Assembly (NCBI GenBank): GCA_015056905.1
Contig: SVFI01000002.1
Span: forward strand, 68,758 to 132,757
Direction of reading: 5' to 3'
Length of the DNA stretch: 64,000 nt
From: Lachnospiraceae bacterium
GTDB lineage: Bacteria; Bacillota; Clostridia; Lachnospirales; Lachnospiraceae
Part shown: positions 51,786 to 60,204 of the stretch, piece by piece
Layout of the letters: the number at the start of each line of letters is the position of its first letter
Position numbering within the stretch: position 1 is the first letter of the stretch
Made by a program: the position numbers and the translations under genes
Notes under the pieces: model-generated
Told to the model about the DNA's origin: nothing
The model's database searches: none
Seen by the model: the letters and a program-made list of their open reading frames with translations, nothing else

Positions 51786-54700
51786 CTAGCAGCCTCTCAT
51801 CGCATTTATCATCTTGCGGAGTGAACTGCCATAGAGCGGATTCGTCGCCCAACCCTTTCCGTACGGATTGTTCGGAATGCTGAGCCACTCCACATACGGA
51901 GCACATCCTCTCTGCACATATTGGAATCTCGGATCCACACAAGTCTGGCTGAGCGATTCACTGTTCGCGTAAGCTTTTAAATGCTGTACCTGCGCACGGA
52001 TTCCAAGACGTACCGTCGCAAAGGAATTCCCTTGTACGCCGCCTCCGGTCGCACCGATTCCCGCAAAATTGTATTGGCTGATATTTACATCGCCGCCGTA
52101 GCGCAGGAAATTCGTCTCATGCATTGCCTGAGCAAAAGCAACCTCCGCACGGATACCTTCCTTTTCGCATTCTGCATAGTACAACTGACAGAATTTCTTT
52201 AATGTCGGAGCATCGGATGTAGCATAAAAGGATGGATACGTCGCATTCTTGTTATAATACGCCATCATCTGTGTCACCGTCACATTGGATGCTCCGCTGA
52301 TAGCATACAGTTCACCCGTATCCGCCGTCGATTCCCCGAGTGTCATTTTGCCTTTCAAAAGCACTTTCTCGACGCCGTTCTTAGCCGTGACAGTCACCTG
52401 GTATTTGTAGTCGCCTCCGATGCCTTTGTGATTTTTGGAATTTACCGTCACACGATAAGCCCCGTTGGAGCGGAGCGACGCTTTATATACATATTTTGCC
52501 TTCGTATTCGTCACCGGCCAAACTTTGACCTTGACATCTTTGACAGCTCCCTTATAGGAGATATCCGACACATAGAAATAACTTGCACTGTCTGATTTTT
52601 TCTTTACTTTAACTTTTCCGCCGTTGATATCCGGGACCGTAACCTTAACGGATTTGCTCTGTTTTACATATTTACCGTCCGCACCTTTGACATAAACAAG
52701 TACCTTATATGTTCCGGCCGTTCCGAAATCGGACACTTTCATCGTCGCCGTCCACGTTCCGCCAGAACCTTTCTTGGCTGTATAATACTTCTTCTTAGAT
52801 GATTTTGAAGTATTGTAGACGCGGAATTTTACCGCCTTCACATTTGCCGAAATGCCAAGGTTTGATACAGACAGCGAAAGCTTGGTATGCTTTGATTTCA
52901 GTTTCGCACTGATTGCCGGTTCCGGCTTTTCAAACGCCTTCTTAAATGTATTTACCGTCTCCGTAAAACCGTTTTTGTCGCTGACAATAACCTCAACCTT
53001 GTATTGACCGTAAGCATAGCTGTGATTTTTCATATTGACATCGACATAATAAAAACCTTTTTTATGTTTCTTTAACGTGTATGTCTTTGTCTTCTTTTTG
53101 CCCTCAAGATTTTTGACTTTTATCTGGACTTTTTTCACTCCGACTGCAGACGCCACGTCATACACTCTGACCTGGAAGGTTCCTTTATTTAAATCCTGCT
53201 TGTACACCTTTGCCTTGCTCACCGTCGGACCCACAATCTGAAAACTGCTTGTAAGCACCTTGTTTTTCGTACCGAAATAACTCTTAGAGTACGCAACAAC
53301 TTTATATTCCCCGGCGTTTTTATGCTTGGAGACCGTCACCTTCGCTTTCCAATCACCGTTATCAAGCTGCGTGGCATGATATGTCTTGACATCGTCGGTT
53401 CCGTTTTTGCTGCTGTAAACGCGGAAATATACTCCTTCCGCGTCCGGATTTCCTTTTAATTTCAGCGTTACCGTTTTTTCCGTCGCAGAAACCTTGGATG
53501 TGACCGACATGCCCGCCGTATTCACTTTCCCTTTCGCTATCGTAAATGTCGTGGAGCGAAGCTGTGTCTTTTTGCCGGCCGCATCATATGCATAAGCGAT
53601 TACCTTATATTTTCCTTCTTTCTTTCCATGTTCCCCGACGTTTCCCGTCACAGAATAGGTTCCTGTCTTTTTATCTATAAGTTCTGCTGTATATGTGTAT
53701 ACTTTGTCCTTTGCTTCCGTCGGATATACCTTAAATTTGATATCAGCAATTCGTTTGACCGGCACTGCACCGGAAAGAGTAATCTTAAAAGTTCCGGTTC
53801 CGCCGTCAATGTCCGTCACCTGCAAATCTTCCGCATCGTACTCCACCTCTTCCGTGGAAAGTCCGTATGCCTTTGCAATTCCGAGCGCATCAGCAACGCC
53901 CATCTTCTCAAGATTTTCTTCCTCTTTCAGGAAAGCTGCATCCGCTGCATTGTTCAGGAATGCGTGCTCAACGATAACCGCCGGAATCCCTTTCTCTTTC
54001 GCAAGACGAATCACCCCGTAATAATCTGCCAGGGAACCGTCCGGGTATAACGTGTTATTCTCCGAATTCCGAATTTTAATACCGTTATTATTCAAACCGA
54101 TTTTTTCAAGCTGCTCTATGATTTTAGACGCCAGCGTTGCTCCGGCAGATCCGACCTGGTTTTTGTAATTGCTGTTCGGATAAAATACCATTGCACCGTT
54201 CGCTGTCGTAGCTCCCCCGGCAGTCGAGTTAAAGTGCAGGCTGACAAAGACGTCCGCTTTCTTATTGTATGCATCTGCCACTCTTGCAGCATTACAATCT
54301 CCGGAAGTTGTGCCCGGATACGGACACGCCTCACCCGGACGTGACATATAGACAACCACATCCGAATAGGTATCTTCCAGATACTCCTTACAGTACTTCG
54401 CTACCTTGAGCGTCAACTTCTCCTCTTCAAGACCGTTTGCGCGTGCACCCGCATGTGTCGCATCATGTCCCGGATCCAGCATAACCACAAGACTTCCTGC
54501 AATCTTCCCCTCCGGAGTAACTGTCTCATCCGAAATCGGAATATCTCCCATTCCTGTTTCTGCCACAGCCACCTCACCGGTTATTACCTGTCCCTGCACC
54601 TGTTCTACCGCCTGCGCAATCTTTTCGGTTGCAGCCAGATTTTCTTCTGCCCCTTCTAATGAAACAATGTTTACATCCAGCATATCTTCCGCTTCTGCAG

Positions 54701-55283
54701 TCACCTGATTACCATCCGCATCATACGAAGTAAACTCCGCCTCCGAAAAAGGGCTGTCCACTCCGAGACCGAAACAAACCTGCTCCATATCATCAATTTC
54801 ATCAAATCGGAGAGTCCCCTTCTTCGTCTTGCCATCTTCCATATAAGAGTAACTCAATGCATCCACACGATACACGCCCGCCTCATAGCCGGACGCATCA
54901 AACGTAAAACGGAGCAAATTATCCATATAATCCGTCACCGGAACTTCATGTACCTCACCCGTCTCCTGCTGCTCAAGCATTAGCGTTGCCATCTCCCATG
55001 CAACCGTTCCCTCGCCGGCGGAAATCAATATATTCTGCTGCTGTGAAGCTTCCAAACGCGCCTTTTCTATGTAGGCAAAATTCAACATAAGTTCGCCCTG
55101 TTCTGCCTCCTGCACTTCTGCCGAATTCGAAGAAATGACCGAATTGCCGGAAACCGTAGGTTCGGAATCCGCAGCAGCCGCATAGACCGTCATATGACCA
55201 AGCGGTGCCTGAAGCAGCATCACGGCCGCTCCAAGCGCTGCCACACTTCGTTTAAAATAGTATCTGATGTGATATAAATTCAT
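51786..55283 (-). CDS. Secreted bifunctional peptidoglycan hydrolase: N-acetylmuramoyl-L-alanine amidase (Amidase_3), five Ig-like repeats and a C-terminal GH73 glucosaminidase
   Basis: It has a signal peptide. Amidase_3 blocks are VVMLDPGHDATHAGA, VSLHFNS and IVEHAF. Five repeats of about 97 aa span residues ~489-975. The GH73 block is AFAQAMHETNFLRYGG...YNFAGIGA. Confidence 0.85.
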   Translation of the reverse strand: MNLYHIRYYFKRSVAALGAAVMLLQAPLGHMTVYAAAADSEPTVSGNSVISSNSAEVQEAEQGELMLNFAYIEKARLEASQQQNILISAGEGTVAWEMATLMLEQQETGEVHEVPVTDYMDNLLRFTFDASGYEAGVYRVDALSYSYMEDGKTKKGTLRFDEIDDMEQVCFGLGVDSPFSEAEFTSYDADGNQVTAEAEDMLDVNIVSLEGAEENLAATEKIAQAVEQVQGQVITGEVAVAETGMGDIPISDETVTPEGKIAGSLVVMLDPGHDATHAGARANGLEEEKLTLKVAKYCKEYLEDTYSDVVVYMSRPGEACPYPGTTSGDCNAARVADAYNKKADVFVSLHFNSTAGGATTANGAMVFYPNSNYKNQVGSAGATLASKIIEQLEKIGLNNNGIKIRNSENNTLYPDGSLADYYGVIRLAKEKGIPAVIVEHAFLNNAADAAFLKEEENLEKMGVADALGIAKAYGLSTEEVEYDAEDLQVTDIDGGTGTFKITLSGAVPVKRIADIKFKVYPTEAKDKVYTYTAELIDKKTGTYSVTGNVGEHGKKEGKYKVIAYAYDAAGKKTQLRSTTFTIAKGKVNTAGMSVTSKVSATEKTVTLKLKGNPDAEGVYFRVYSSKNGTDDVKTYHATQLDNGDWKAKVTVSKHKNAGEYKVVAYSKSYFGTKNKVLTSSFQIVGPTVSKAKVYKQDLNKGTFQVRVYDVASAVGVKKVQIKVKNLEGKKKTKTYTLKKHKKGFYYVDVNMKNHSYAYGQYKVEVIVSDKNGFTETVNTFKKAFEKPEPAISAKLKSKHTKLSLSVSNLGISANVKAVKFRVYNTSKSSKKKYYTAKKGSGGTWTATMKVSDFGTAGTYKVLVYVKGADGKYVKQSKSVKVTVPDINGGKVKVKKKSDSASYFYVSDISYKGAVKDVKVKVWPVTNTKAKYVYKASLRSNGAYRVTVNSKNHKGIGGDYKYQVTVTAKNGVEKVLLKGKMTLGESTADTGELYAISGASNVTVTQMMAYYNKNATYPSFYATSDAPTLKKFCQLYYAECEKEGIRAEVAFAQAMHETNFLRYGGDVNISQYNFAGIGATGGGVQGNSFATVRLGIRAQVQHLKAYANSESLSQTCVDPRFQYVQRGCAPYVEWLSIPNNPYGKGWATNPLYGSSLRKMINAMRGC
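52360..53819 (-). repeat. Five tandem Lys-rich Ig-like (GBS Bsp-like type) coding repeats of about 290 nt inside the hydrolase gene
   Basis: The recurring pattern is ...V(K/Y)F(K/R)VY...(K/T)(Y/T)Y.A......G.(Y/W)...V......G.YKV..Y..., for example KFKVYPTEAKDKVYTYTA...GKYKVIAYAY and YFRVYSSKNG...GEYKVVAYSK. The boundaries are approximate. Confidence 0.6.
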
Positions 55284-55360
55284 TTATCTTTTCACTCCTG
55301 TCGATGCTTGCACATTTTATGTGACCTTAATAAGTGTACATGACTTTATATAAAAATGCA

Positions 55361-55389
55361 ATGCACATTATATGGCAATATGGTATACT
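55361..55389 (+). promoter_or_regulatory. Candidate extended -10 promoter for the paralogue pair
   Basis: The sequence reads ATGCAC (55361-55366) - 17 nt (TG at 55381-55382) - TATACT (55384-55389). An AAGGAGG RBS precedes ATG 55452. Confidence 0.35.
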
Positions 55390-55451
55390 ATATACGAAAC
55401 ACCCCCTTTGTTTTTTTGGGGTAAACATCACAAGAAAAAGGAGGTTATAAC

Positions 55452-56303
55452 ATGAAAAGAAACATCAAAAAACTCACTTCCCTGCTTTTTGCCCTTGTAG
55501 CCACAACGTGCATCGTTCTCTTATCGGATGTCGATGCTCAGGCAGCAAAAACGCACACTTACAAAAGAGATAAAGCCAACGGCGTCTTATACAATAACGC
55601 GGTACGTGTTGATGTCGGCTCCCGTTGGAACGATATCGTTGAAGTTTTGCTTGCTGACAAAGGAGACTACATCTCCTCCGTCAAATCAAACAGTCCGGAT
55701 CTTGTCGCAAAACTCACAAGCCGTTCAAAGGTCAAAACCAATGATAATGTTTTTATATGCTCTGTATATGACAACGGAAAATCCACTTATAAATCCAGCA
55801 ACTTCATTGAATTTTATGCAACAAAAAAAGGAAAATACACGGTAACCGTCACCGTCAAAAACTCTAAAAAGAAAGTAAAAACCAAGAAAAAAATCGCAGT
55901 TTATGCCGGTTATCCTTCTGATCCCGTTGCATCCGTAACCTATGCCGGCAAAAAATACAACGGGCAATCCAACATCAACATCTGCACAAAGAAAGCATCC
56001 GGAAAACTCAAAATTAAAGCCTCGGATACTTACACGATTAAAAAGGTCGAAATCGCAACCACCTTCAACGAGTCAGGGGAGCCGATATTCAAAAAAGTAA
56101 CAAACGGAAAGAAAATCAGCCTTTCCAAAAAAACCAACTATACGGTCACCTGGAATTCATACGACAATTACAACGGCTATACGGAGCTCCGTTATACCAC
56201 CTATGACTATCTCAAGCCGGTGACCCACGTCAGAGTAACCTGCTATGACAAAAAACTTAAAATCAACACATATGCTTATATCTGGCTCATATACACAAAA
56301 TAA
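55452..56303 (+). CDS. Secreted Lys-rich two-domain protein, function unknown (paralogue A)
   Basis: It has a signal peptide (KKLTSLLFALVATTCIVLLSDVDAQA) and a strong RBS. It shares blocks with the next gene: K.NGV.Y.N, S.S..L.AK.TS, KKG.YTV, KKI.VY....PS.P....TYAGK and NGKKISL.K. Confidence 0.7.
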   Translation: MKRNIKKLTSLLFALVATTCIVLLSDVDAQAAKTHTYKRDKANGVLYNNAVRVDVGSRWNDIVEVLLADKGDYISSVKSNSPDLVAKLTSRSKVKTNDNVFICSVYDNGKSTYKSSNFIEFYATKKGKYTVTVTVKNSKKKVKTKKKIAVYAGYPSDPVASVTYAGKKYNGQSNINICTKKASGKLKIKASDTYTIKKVEIATTFNESGEPIFKKVTNGKKISLSKKTNYTVTWNSYDNYNGYTELRYTTYDYLKPVTHVRVTCYDKKLKINTYAYIWLIYTK

Positions 56304-56318
56304 GGGAGGAATGCTATT

Positions 56319-57149
56319 ATGAGAAAAACAAGCCATATCAAATATGTAGCAGCATTGTATCTTTCCGTTTTCTTCCTTCTCTGCTCTGCCTCCATTGTCA
56401 AAGCAGACTATGTCGAAGATAAGACCAACGGTGTCTCCTACACAAATAAAGTATTTATTTCAAAAGGCTATGCCAGTTACCATGCTTATGGCGGCGACAG
56501 CTACATCCAGATTACCTTAAATGATACGACGGACCGTGTTACCAACGTGCGCTCAAGCAGCAAAAATCTTCTTGCCAAGAAGACATCAGAGACCGTTTAT
56601 ACTACAACCGACAACTACTTTGACGAAACACTGGGCCAGAACGTTCAGATAACCAATACATCTTATGAATCGATTTATATCAGCTTTTTTGGTAAGAAAA
56701 AAGGAACCTACACCGTAAAATTTGACGTCGTTGACAAAAACGGTATCAGGAAATGCACCAAGAAAATCAAAGTATATGTTGACAAATGGCCAAGCACTCC
56801 TTCTGCCATCAACTCCATAACTTACGCCGGAAAAGCCTTATTTGAACATGAGCCTTTTACCAAAGTGACAAGCGGAAAGATTAAAGTAAAGCTCAACAAG
56901 GGATACTCTCTTGTCTCCATCAAAGTAAAAAAGATTAACAGCAAGGGAAAATGGAAGACAACGACTGTCAAAAACGGTAAGAAAATATCACTCGCAAAAA
57001 CAGCAAAAGAAACGCAGAGCGACGACTATACTTCATGGACAAACAATCCCCTCTTCCCTGAGACACAGCTTTTGATTACTGTTAAAAACAAGAAAACAAA
57101 AGAAAAATGGACCGAAGAATTCCGTATATATACGATGAACAAGAAATAA
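56319..57149 (+). CDS. Secreted Lys-rich two-domain protein, function unknown (paralogue B)
   Basis: It has a signal peptide (YVAALYLSVFFLLCSASIVKA) and a GGGAGGA RBS. It is collinear with paralogue A and starts 15 nt downstream of it. Confidence 0.7.
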   Translation: MRKTSHIKYVAALYLSVFFLLCSASIVKADYVEDKTNGVSYTNKVFISKGYASYHAYGGDSYIQITLNDTTDRVTNVRSSSKNLLAKKTSETVYTTTDNYFDETLGQNVQITNTSYESIYISFFGKKKGTYTVKFDVVDKNGIRKCTKKIKVYVDKWPSTPSAINSITYAGKALFEHEPFTKVTSGKIKVKLNKGYSLVSIKVKKINSKGKWKTTTVKNGKKISLAKTAKETQSDDYTSWTNNPLFPETQLLITVKNKKTKEKWTEEFRIYTMNKK

Positions 57150-57200
57150 TTTCATCTGAAAATCTGAATCAAAGGCGCTCATTTAGGTCGCCTTATCGAA

Positions 57201-57244
57201 GCGGGGTATACAGCAATATATTTCATGCTGTATACCCCGCTTTT
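57201..57244 (+). terminator. Intrinsic terminator of the paralogue pair
   Basis: The 14-bp stem pairs gcggggtatacagc (57201-57214) with gctgtataccccgc (57227-57240), with a 12-nt loop. It is followed by TTTTcTcgTTTTT. Confidence 0.75.
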
Positions 57245-57328
57245 CTCGTTTTTCGCCTGTTTTGAAGCATATTGTGTGACCAGCGGGGTATATTGATTCT
57301 ACTCTCATTGCATCTGCCCCGCTATCGC

Positions 57329-57372
57329 AAAAAACGGGGTACAGGCAAGTCTCTCGACTTTCCTGTACCCCG
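57329..57372 (-). terminator. Intrinsic terminator of the minus-strand kinase-fusion/GT2 cassette
   Basis: On the minus strand, cggggtacagg (57372-57362) pairs with cctgtaccccg (57345-57335), followed by TTTTTT (complement of 57334-57329). It lies 62 nt downstream of the GT2 stop. Confidence 0.7.
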
Positions 57373-57433
57373 ACCAGTCACAAATCCGAATCACCGCAAA
57401 TTATAATCGTAGCAAATTAAAATCACCAAAAAA

Positions 57434-58126
57434 TCAATGATACCGCAAAATACAGTAAATCGCACGGATTCCGTCGCGAACACCGATTTTCTTTCCCTCC
57501 GCGTTCGTACGCGGATTGTAGGAAATCGGCACTTCATGAATACGGATGCGCATATCGGAAATCTTCGCAGTAATCTCCGGCTCAAAACCAAATCGTTTCT
57601 CCTGAATATCTACCGACTGAATCACTTCTCTTGCAAAGCATTTATAACACGTCTCCATATCTGTCAGTTTCTGACGGGTAAAGATATTGGAAAGCCATGT
57701 CAAAAATTTATTCGCCAGACGATTGGCAAGATATCCCTTTGCCTTCTGCTCTTTAAAACGGGAACCGTACACTACTTTGCATTTGCCCGAAAGCACCGGT
57801 CCTGCCACAAGCGGATATTCCATCGGGTCGTACTCCATATCCGCATCCTGAATAATCACCGCATCTCCGGTCGCTGCTGCAAATCCGGTTTTTAAAGCCG
57901 CACCTTTTCCTCCGTTTACCTCATGATAAATAATTTTATCCACGAGCGGACGGATTTCTGCCTCGAGGACCTCTCTCGTCCCATCGGTTGAACAGTCGTC
58001 AACAACGATAATCTCTTTGTGTTCCACCGGCGATTCCTTCACTTTTTTTACGATTTCAAGAATATTGTTCTTTTCATTGTAACAAGGAATCACAATGGAA
58101 AGCACTTTCTTTTCCGAATTGCTCAT
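57434..58126 (-). CDS. DPM1/ArnC/CsbB-type GT2 (polyprenyl-phosphate glycosyltransferase candidate), soluble form
   Basis: Motifs are LSIVIPCYNE, IVVDDCSTDGT, NGGKGAALKTG, IIQDADMEYDP, VYGSR and FGFEPEITAK. The start is ATG 58126, 1 nt after the upstream TGA. Confidence 0.8.
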   Translation of the reverse strand: MSNSEKKVLSIVIPCYNEKNNILEIVKKVKESPVEHKEIIVVDDCSTDGTREVLEAEIRPLVDKIIYHEVNGGKGAALKTGFAAATGDAVIIQDADMEYDPMEYPLVAGPVLSGKCKVVYGSRFKEQKAKGYLANRLANKFLTWLSNIFTRQKLTDMETCYKCFAREVIQSVDIQEKRFGFEPEITAKISDMRIRIHEVPISYNPRTNAEGKKIGVRDGIRAIYCILRYH

Positions 58127-58127
58127 A

Positions 58128-60071
58128 TCAGCTCTCTCTTTCTTTTCCTTTTCCAAACTCACAAAGAGTCTGCCTGTATTTTTCCGGAAGTCCTATGTCA
58201 TACGACTTTCCGTCCATCAAAAGCCCCATCATACCGATACGCTCACGCACCTTGTCAAGGGCTGTGGTCAGCTGGATTTCTCCGCCGCTTGTATGATTCT
58301 CCCTAATATCTGTCTCAAGCACTTCAAATACTTCTTTGGTCAAAATATACTGTCCGAAGACGGCATAAAATTGGTCTCGCGTATTTTTACGGACATTGCC
58401 CAAAAACTCATCCGCATATTCGCAGGAAGGCTTTTCGCAAAAAGCATCCAGTTTTAAAATTGTCTCTTCTTTATTTTCCCACTGCCCATGCATAATTCCG
58501 TAGTGCACCACATCAGAAAGCGGCACGGAATGCATCGACACCACCGGAAGCCCGGTCTTTTCATAGGCATCGATAAGCTGTGACATACAGCTCTTCGGCC
58601 CATAAGACTCATATATCATATCTCCAAGCAGAAGAAGCACCGGCTGTCCTTTGGTAAACTCCCTGCACTGGTAAACTGCGTGACCGAAGCCACGTCTCTC
58701 TTTCTGATATACATAGGTAATCTTTTTACTGATTTTAATGATTTTATCTTCGTAAAAACGTTTCTCCGCCGGAAGTTTACTTCGATGCTCCTCAGAAAGC
58801 GGTGCGAAAAGTGCATCGTACATCGGCTTCTCTTCCTCACCGATGACAAGACAGATTTCTTCAATACCGGATGCATCCAGTTGCTCTAAAAGCACCATAA
58901 TCGCCGGCTTAAACAGTCCGTCCTCATCCAGAATCGGGAAGAAATCCTTCTTGATTCCTTTCGTTGCCGGATAAAGTCTCGTTCCGAAGCCCGCCACCGG
59001 AATAATGGCTTTGGTTACCGCCTGCTGCGGTCTGAGCGTCAGCGGAAATGCTTCCATCCCACGCTCATTATTTAAATAGTCTATCAGTTTGCTCTGCGAC
59101 TGTTCATCCTTTGCAAGGAACTGTACGGTTCCGTCTCCCTGGGAACCAACACCCTTACAGCCGTATACCAATCCTCTTACATTTGCATCATCCAAAACAG
59201 AATGAAGCACCGGAGCTTCCAGTTCCTTGAAACTTGCCGGAGCAACTTTCTTATCAAAATTAACCTGAAACTCATTCATCAACCTGCCAAGCGCTTCATT
59301 GTCGCCCTGCGCGAGGTATTCACACGCCTTGTCGATAAATATCTTATTGTCATGGCCAAGCGCTTCATGCACGGCCCTTTCTTTTTCATTTTGCGCAAAC
59401 GGATAACACTTATTCAAATCGGAAAGAATCTGAACGGTGTCCTTGTGTGATTTCAGGTCCGCAATCACCCAGTAAAGCGTCTTTTTAAACGGCAAAGGCT
59501 TCACACTTACCTCGTTGCCGTCAAACGTCATACGGACCGGTCTGACACCGTAGGCACAAGCCTGATCCAAACGTCCGCAACGGGATGGCGTACGCTGTTC
59601 GCCGATGAATGCAATATTCATCTCGCCCATCGTATTCAACCGAAGACGATACATCTGATTAAACGCGCGTGCCACCAAAACGCAAATCGCCGCGCTGCTG
59701 GAAAGGCCGCTTTTCATCGGAAGATCCATGCGTGTAATCGTAATCTTAAGTCCTCCGACATTGTAGCATTCATTTACGTAGGAGGCAACACCTGCCACAT
59801 AGGAAAAAAAGCCGCCCGCGCTTGCTTCCTCCCTGAGCTTTTCCGAATCCATTTCACAGGAAAAAGAAGCATCATGGTAGCTGGGCAAATCACTCTGCAC
59901 GATAAATTTTTCATTTTTTTCTACTTCAGCATAGATTCCCTGTTCAATTCCGGTTACAATTGCCTGCCCCGGCTCAATTCCGGAATTAATTACTCTGTGC
60001 AACCCTGCCCAGTCACTATGTTCACCGAGAAGACATAATCTCCCCGGTACAAAAAGCTCTATTTTTTCCAT
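58128..60071 (-). CDS. Fusion protein: N-terminal GHMP (galactokinase-like) sugar kinase plus C-terminal GalU-like UDP-sugar pyrophosphorylase
   Basis: GHMP motifs are VPGRLCLLGEHSDW, MKSGLSSSAA and CKGVGSQGDG, within residues ~1-350. The nucleotidyltransferase motifs are IIPVAGFGTRLYPATKGIKKDFFPI, RGFGHAV and LLLLGDM, within residues ~355-647. The RBS is AAGGTGG. Confidence 0.8.
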   Translation of the reverse strand: MEKIELFVPGRLCLLGEHSDWAGLHRVINSGIEPGQAIVTGIEQGIYAEVEKNEKFIVQSDLPSYHDASFSCEMDSEKLREEASAGGFFSYVAGVASYVNECYNVGGLKITITRMDLPMKSGLSSSAAICVLVARAFNQMYRLRLNTMGEMNIAFIGEQRTPSRCGRLDQACAYGVRPVRMTFDGNEVSVKPLPFKKTLYWVIADLKSHKDTVQILSDLNKCYPFAQNEKERAVHEALGHDNKIFIDKACEYLAQGDNEALGRLMNEFQVNFDKKVAPASFKELEAPVLHSVLDDANVRGLVYGCKGVGSQGDGTVQFLAKDEQSQSKLIDYLNNERGMEAFPLTLRPQQAVTKAIIPVAGFGTRLYPATKGIKKDFFPILDEDGLFKPAIMVLLEQLDASGIEEICLVIGEEEKPMYDALFAPLSEEHRSKLPAEKRFYEDKIIKISKKITYVYQKERRGFGHAVYQCREFTKGQPVLLLLGDMIYESYGPKSCMSQLIDAYEKTGLPVVSMHSVPLSDVVHYGIMHGQWENKEETILKLDAFCEKPSCEYADEFLGNVRKNTRDQFYAVFGQYILTKEVFEVLETDIRENHTSGGEIQLTTALDKVRERIGMMGLLMDGKSYDIGLPEKYRQTLCEFGKGKERES

Positions 60072-60134
60072 GTGTTACCACCTTATAGAAATAAGATTCT
60101 CCTTCTCTTTTTTTGCAATCACTACGTGATTTCA

Positions 60135-60163
60135 ATTATAGCATTCGCAAACATAAAACTCAA
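60135..60163 (-). promoter_or_regulatory. Candidate sigma-A promoter with extended -10 driving the kinase-fusion/GT2 cassette
   Basis: On the minus strand the sequence reads TTGAGT (60163-60158) - 17 nt - TGcTATAAT (hexamer 60140-60135). It sits in the 133-nt gap and is about 60 nt upstream of ATG 60071. Confidence 0.5.
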
Positions 60164-60204
60164 CCCGACCACACAAATCATCATTCTGACTTTTATATAT
60201 AATA

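Noticed and set aside
40928-55283. Possibility that the beta-helix 'tailspike-like' protein plus lysins (amidase/GH73, GH25) mark a prophage remnant
   Set aside because: There are no capsid, portal, terminase, tail-tube, holin, integrase or repressor genes and no att-like repeats. The genes have Sec signal peptides and are flanked by and co-oriented with biosynthetic operons.
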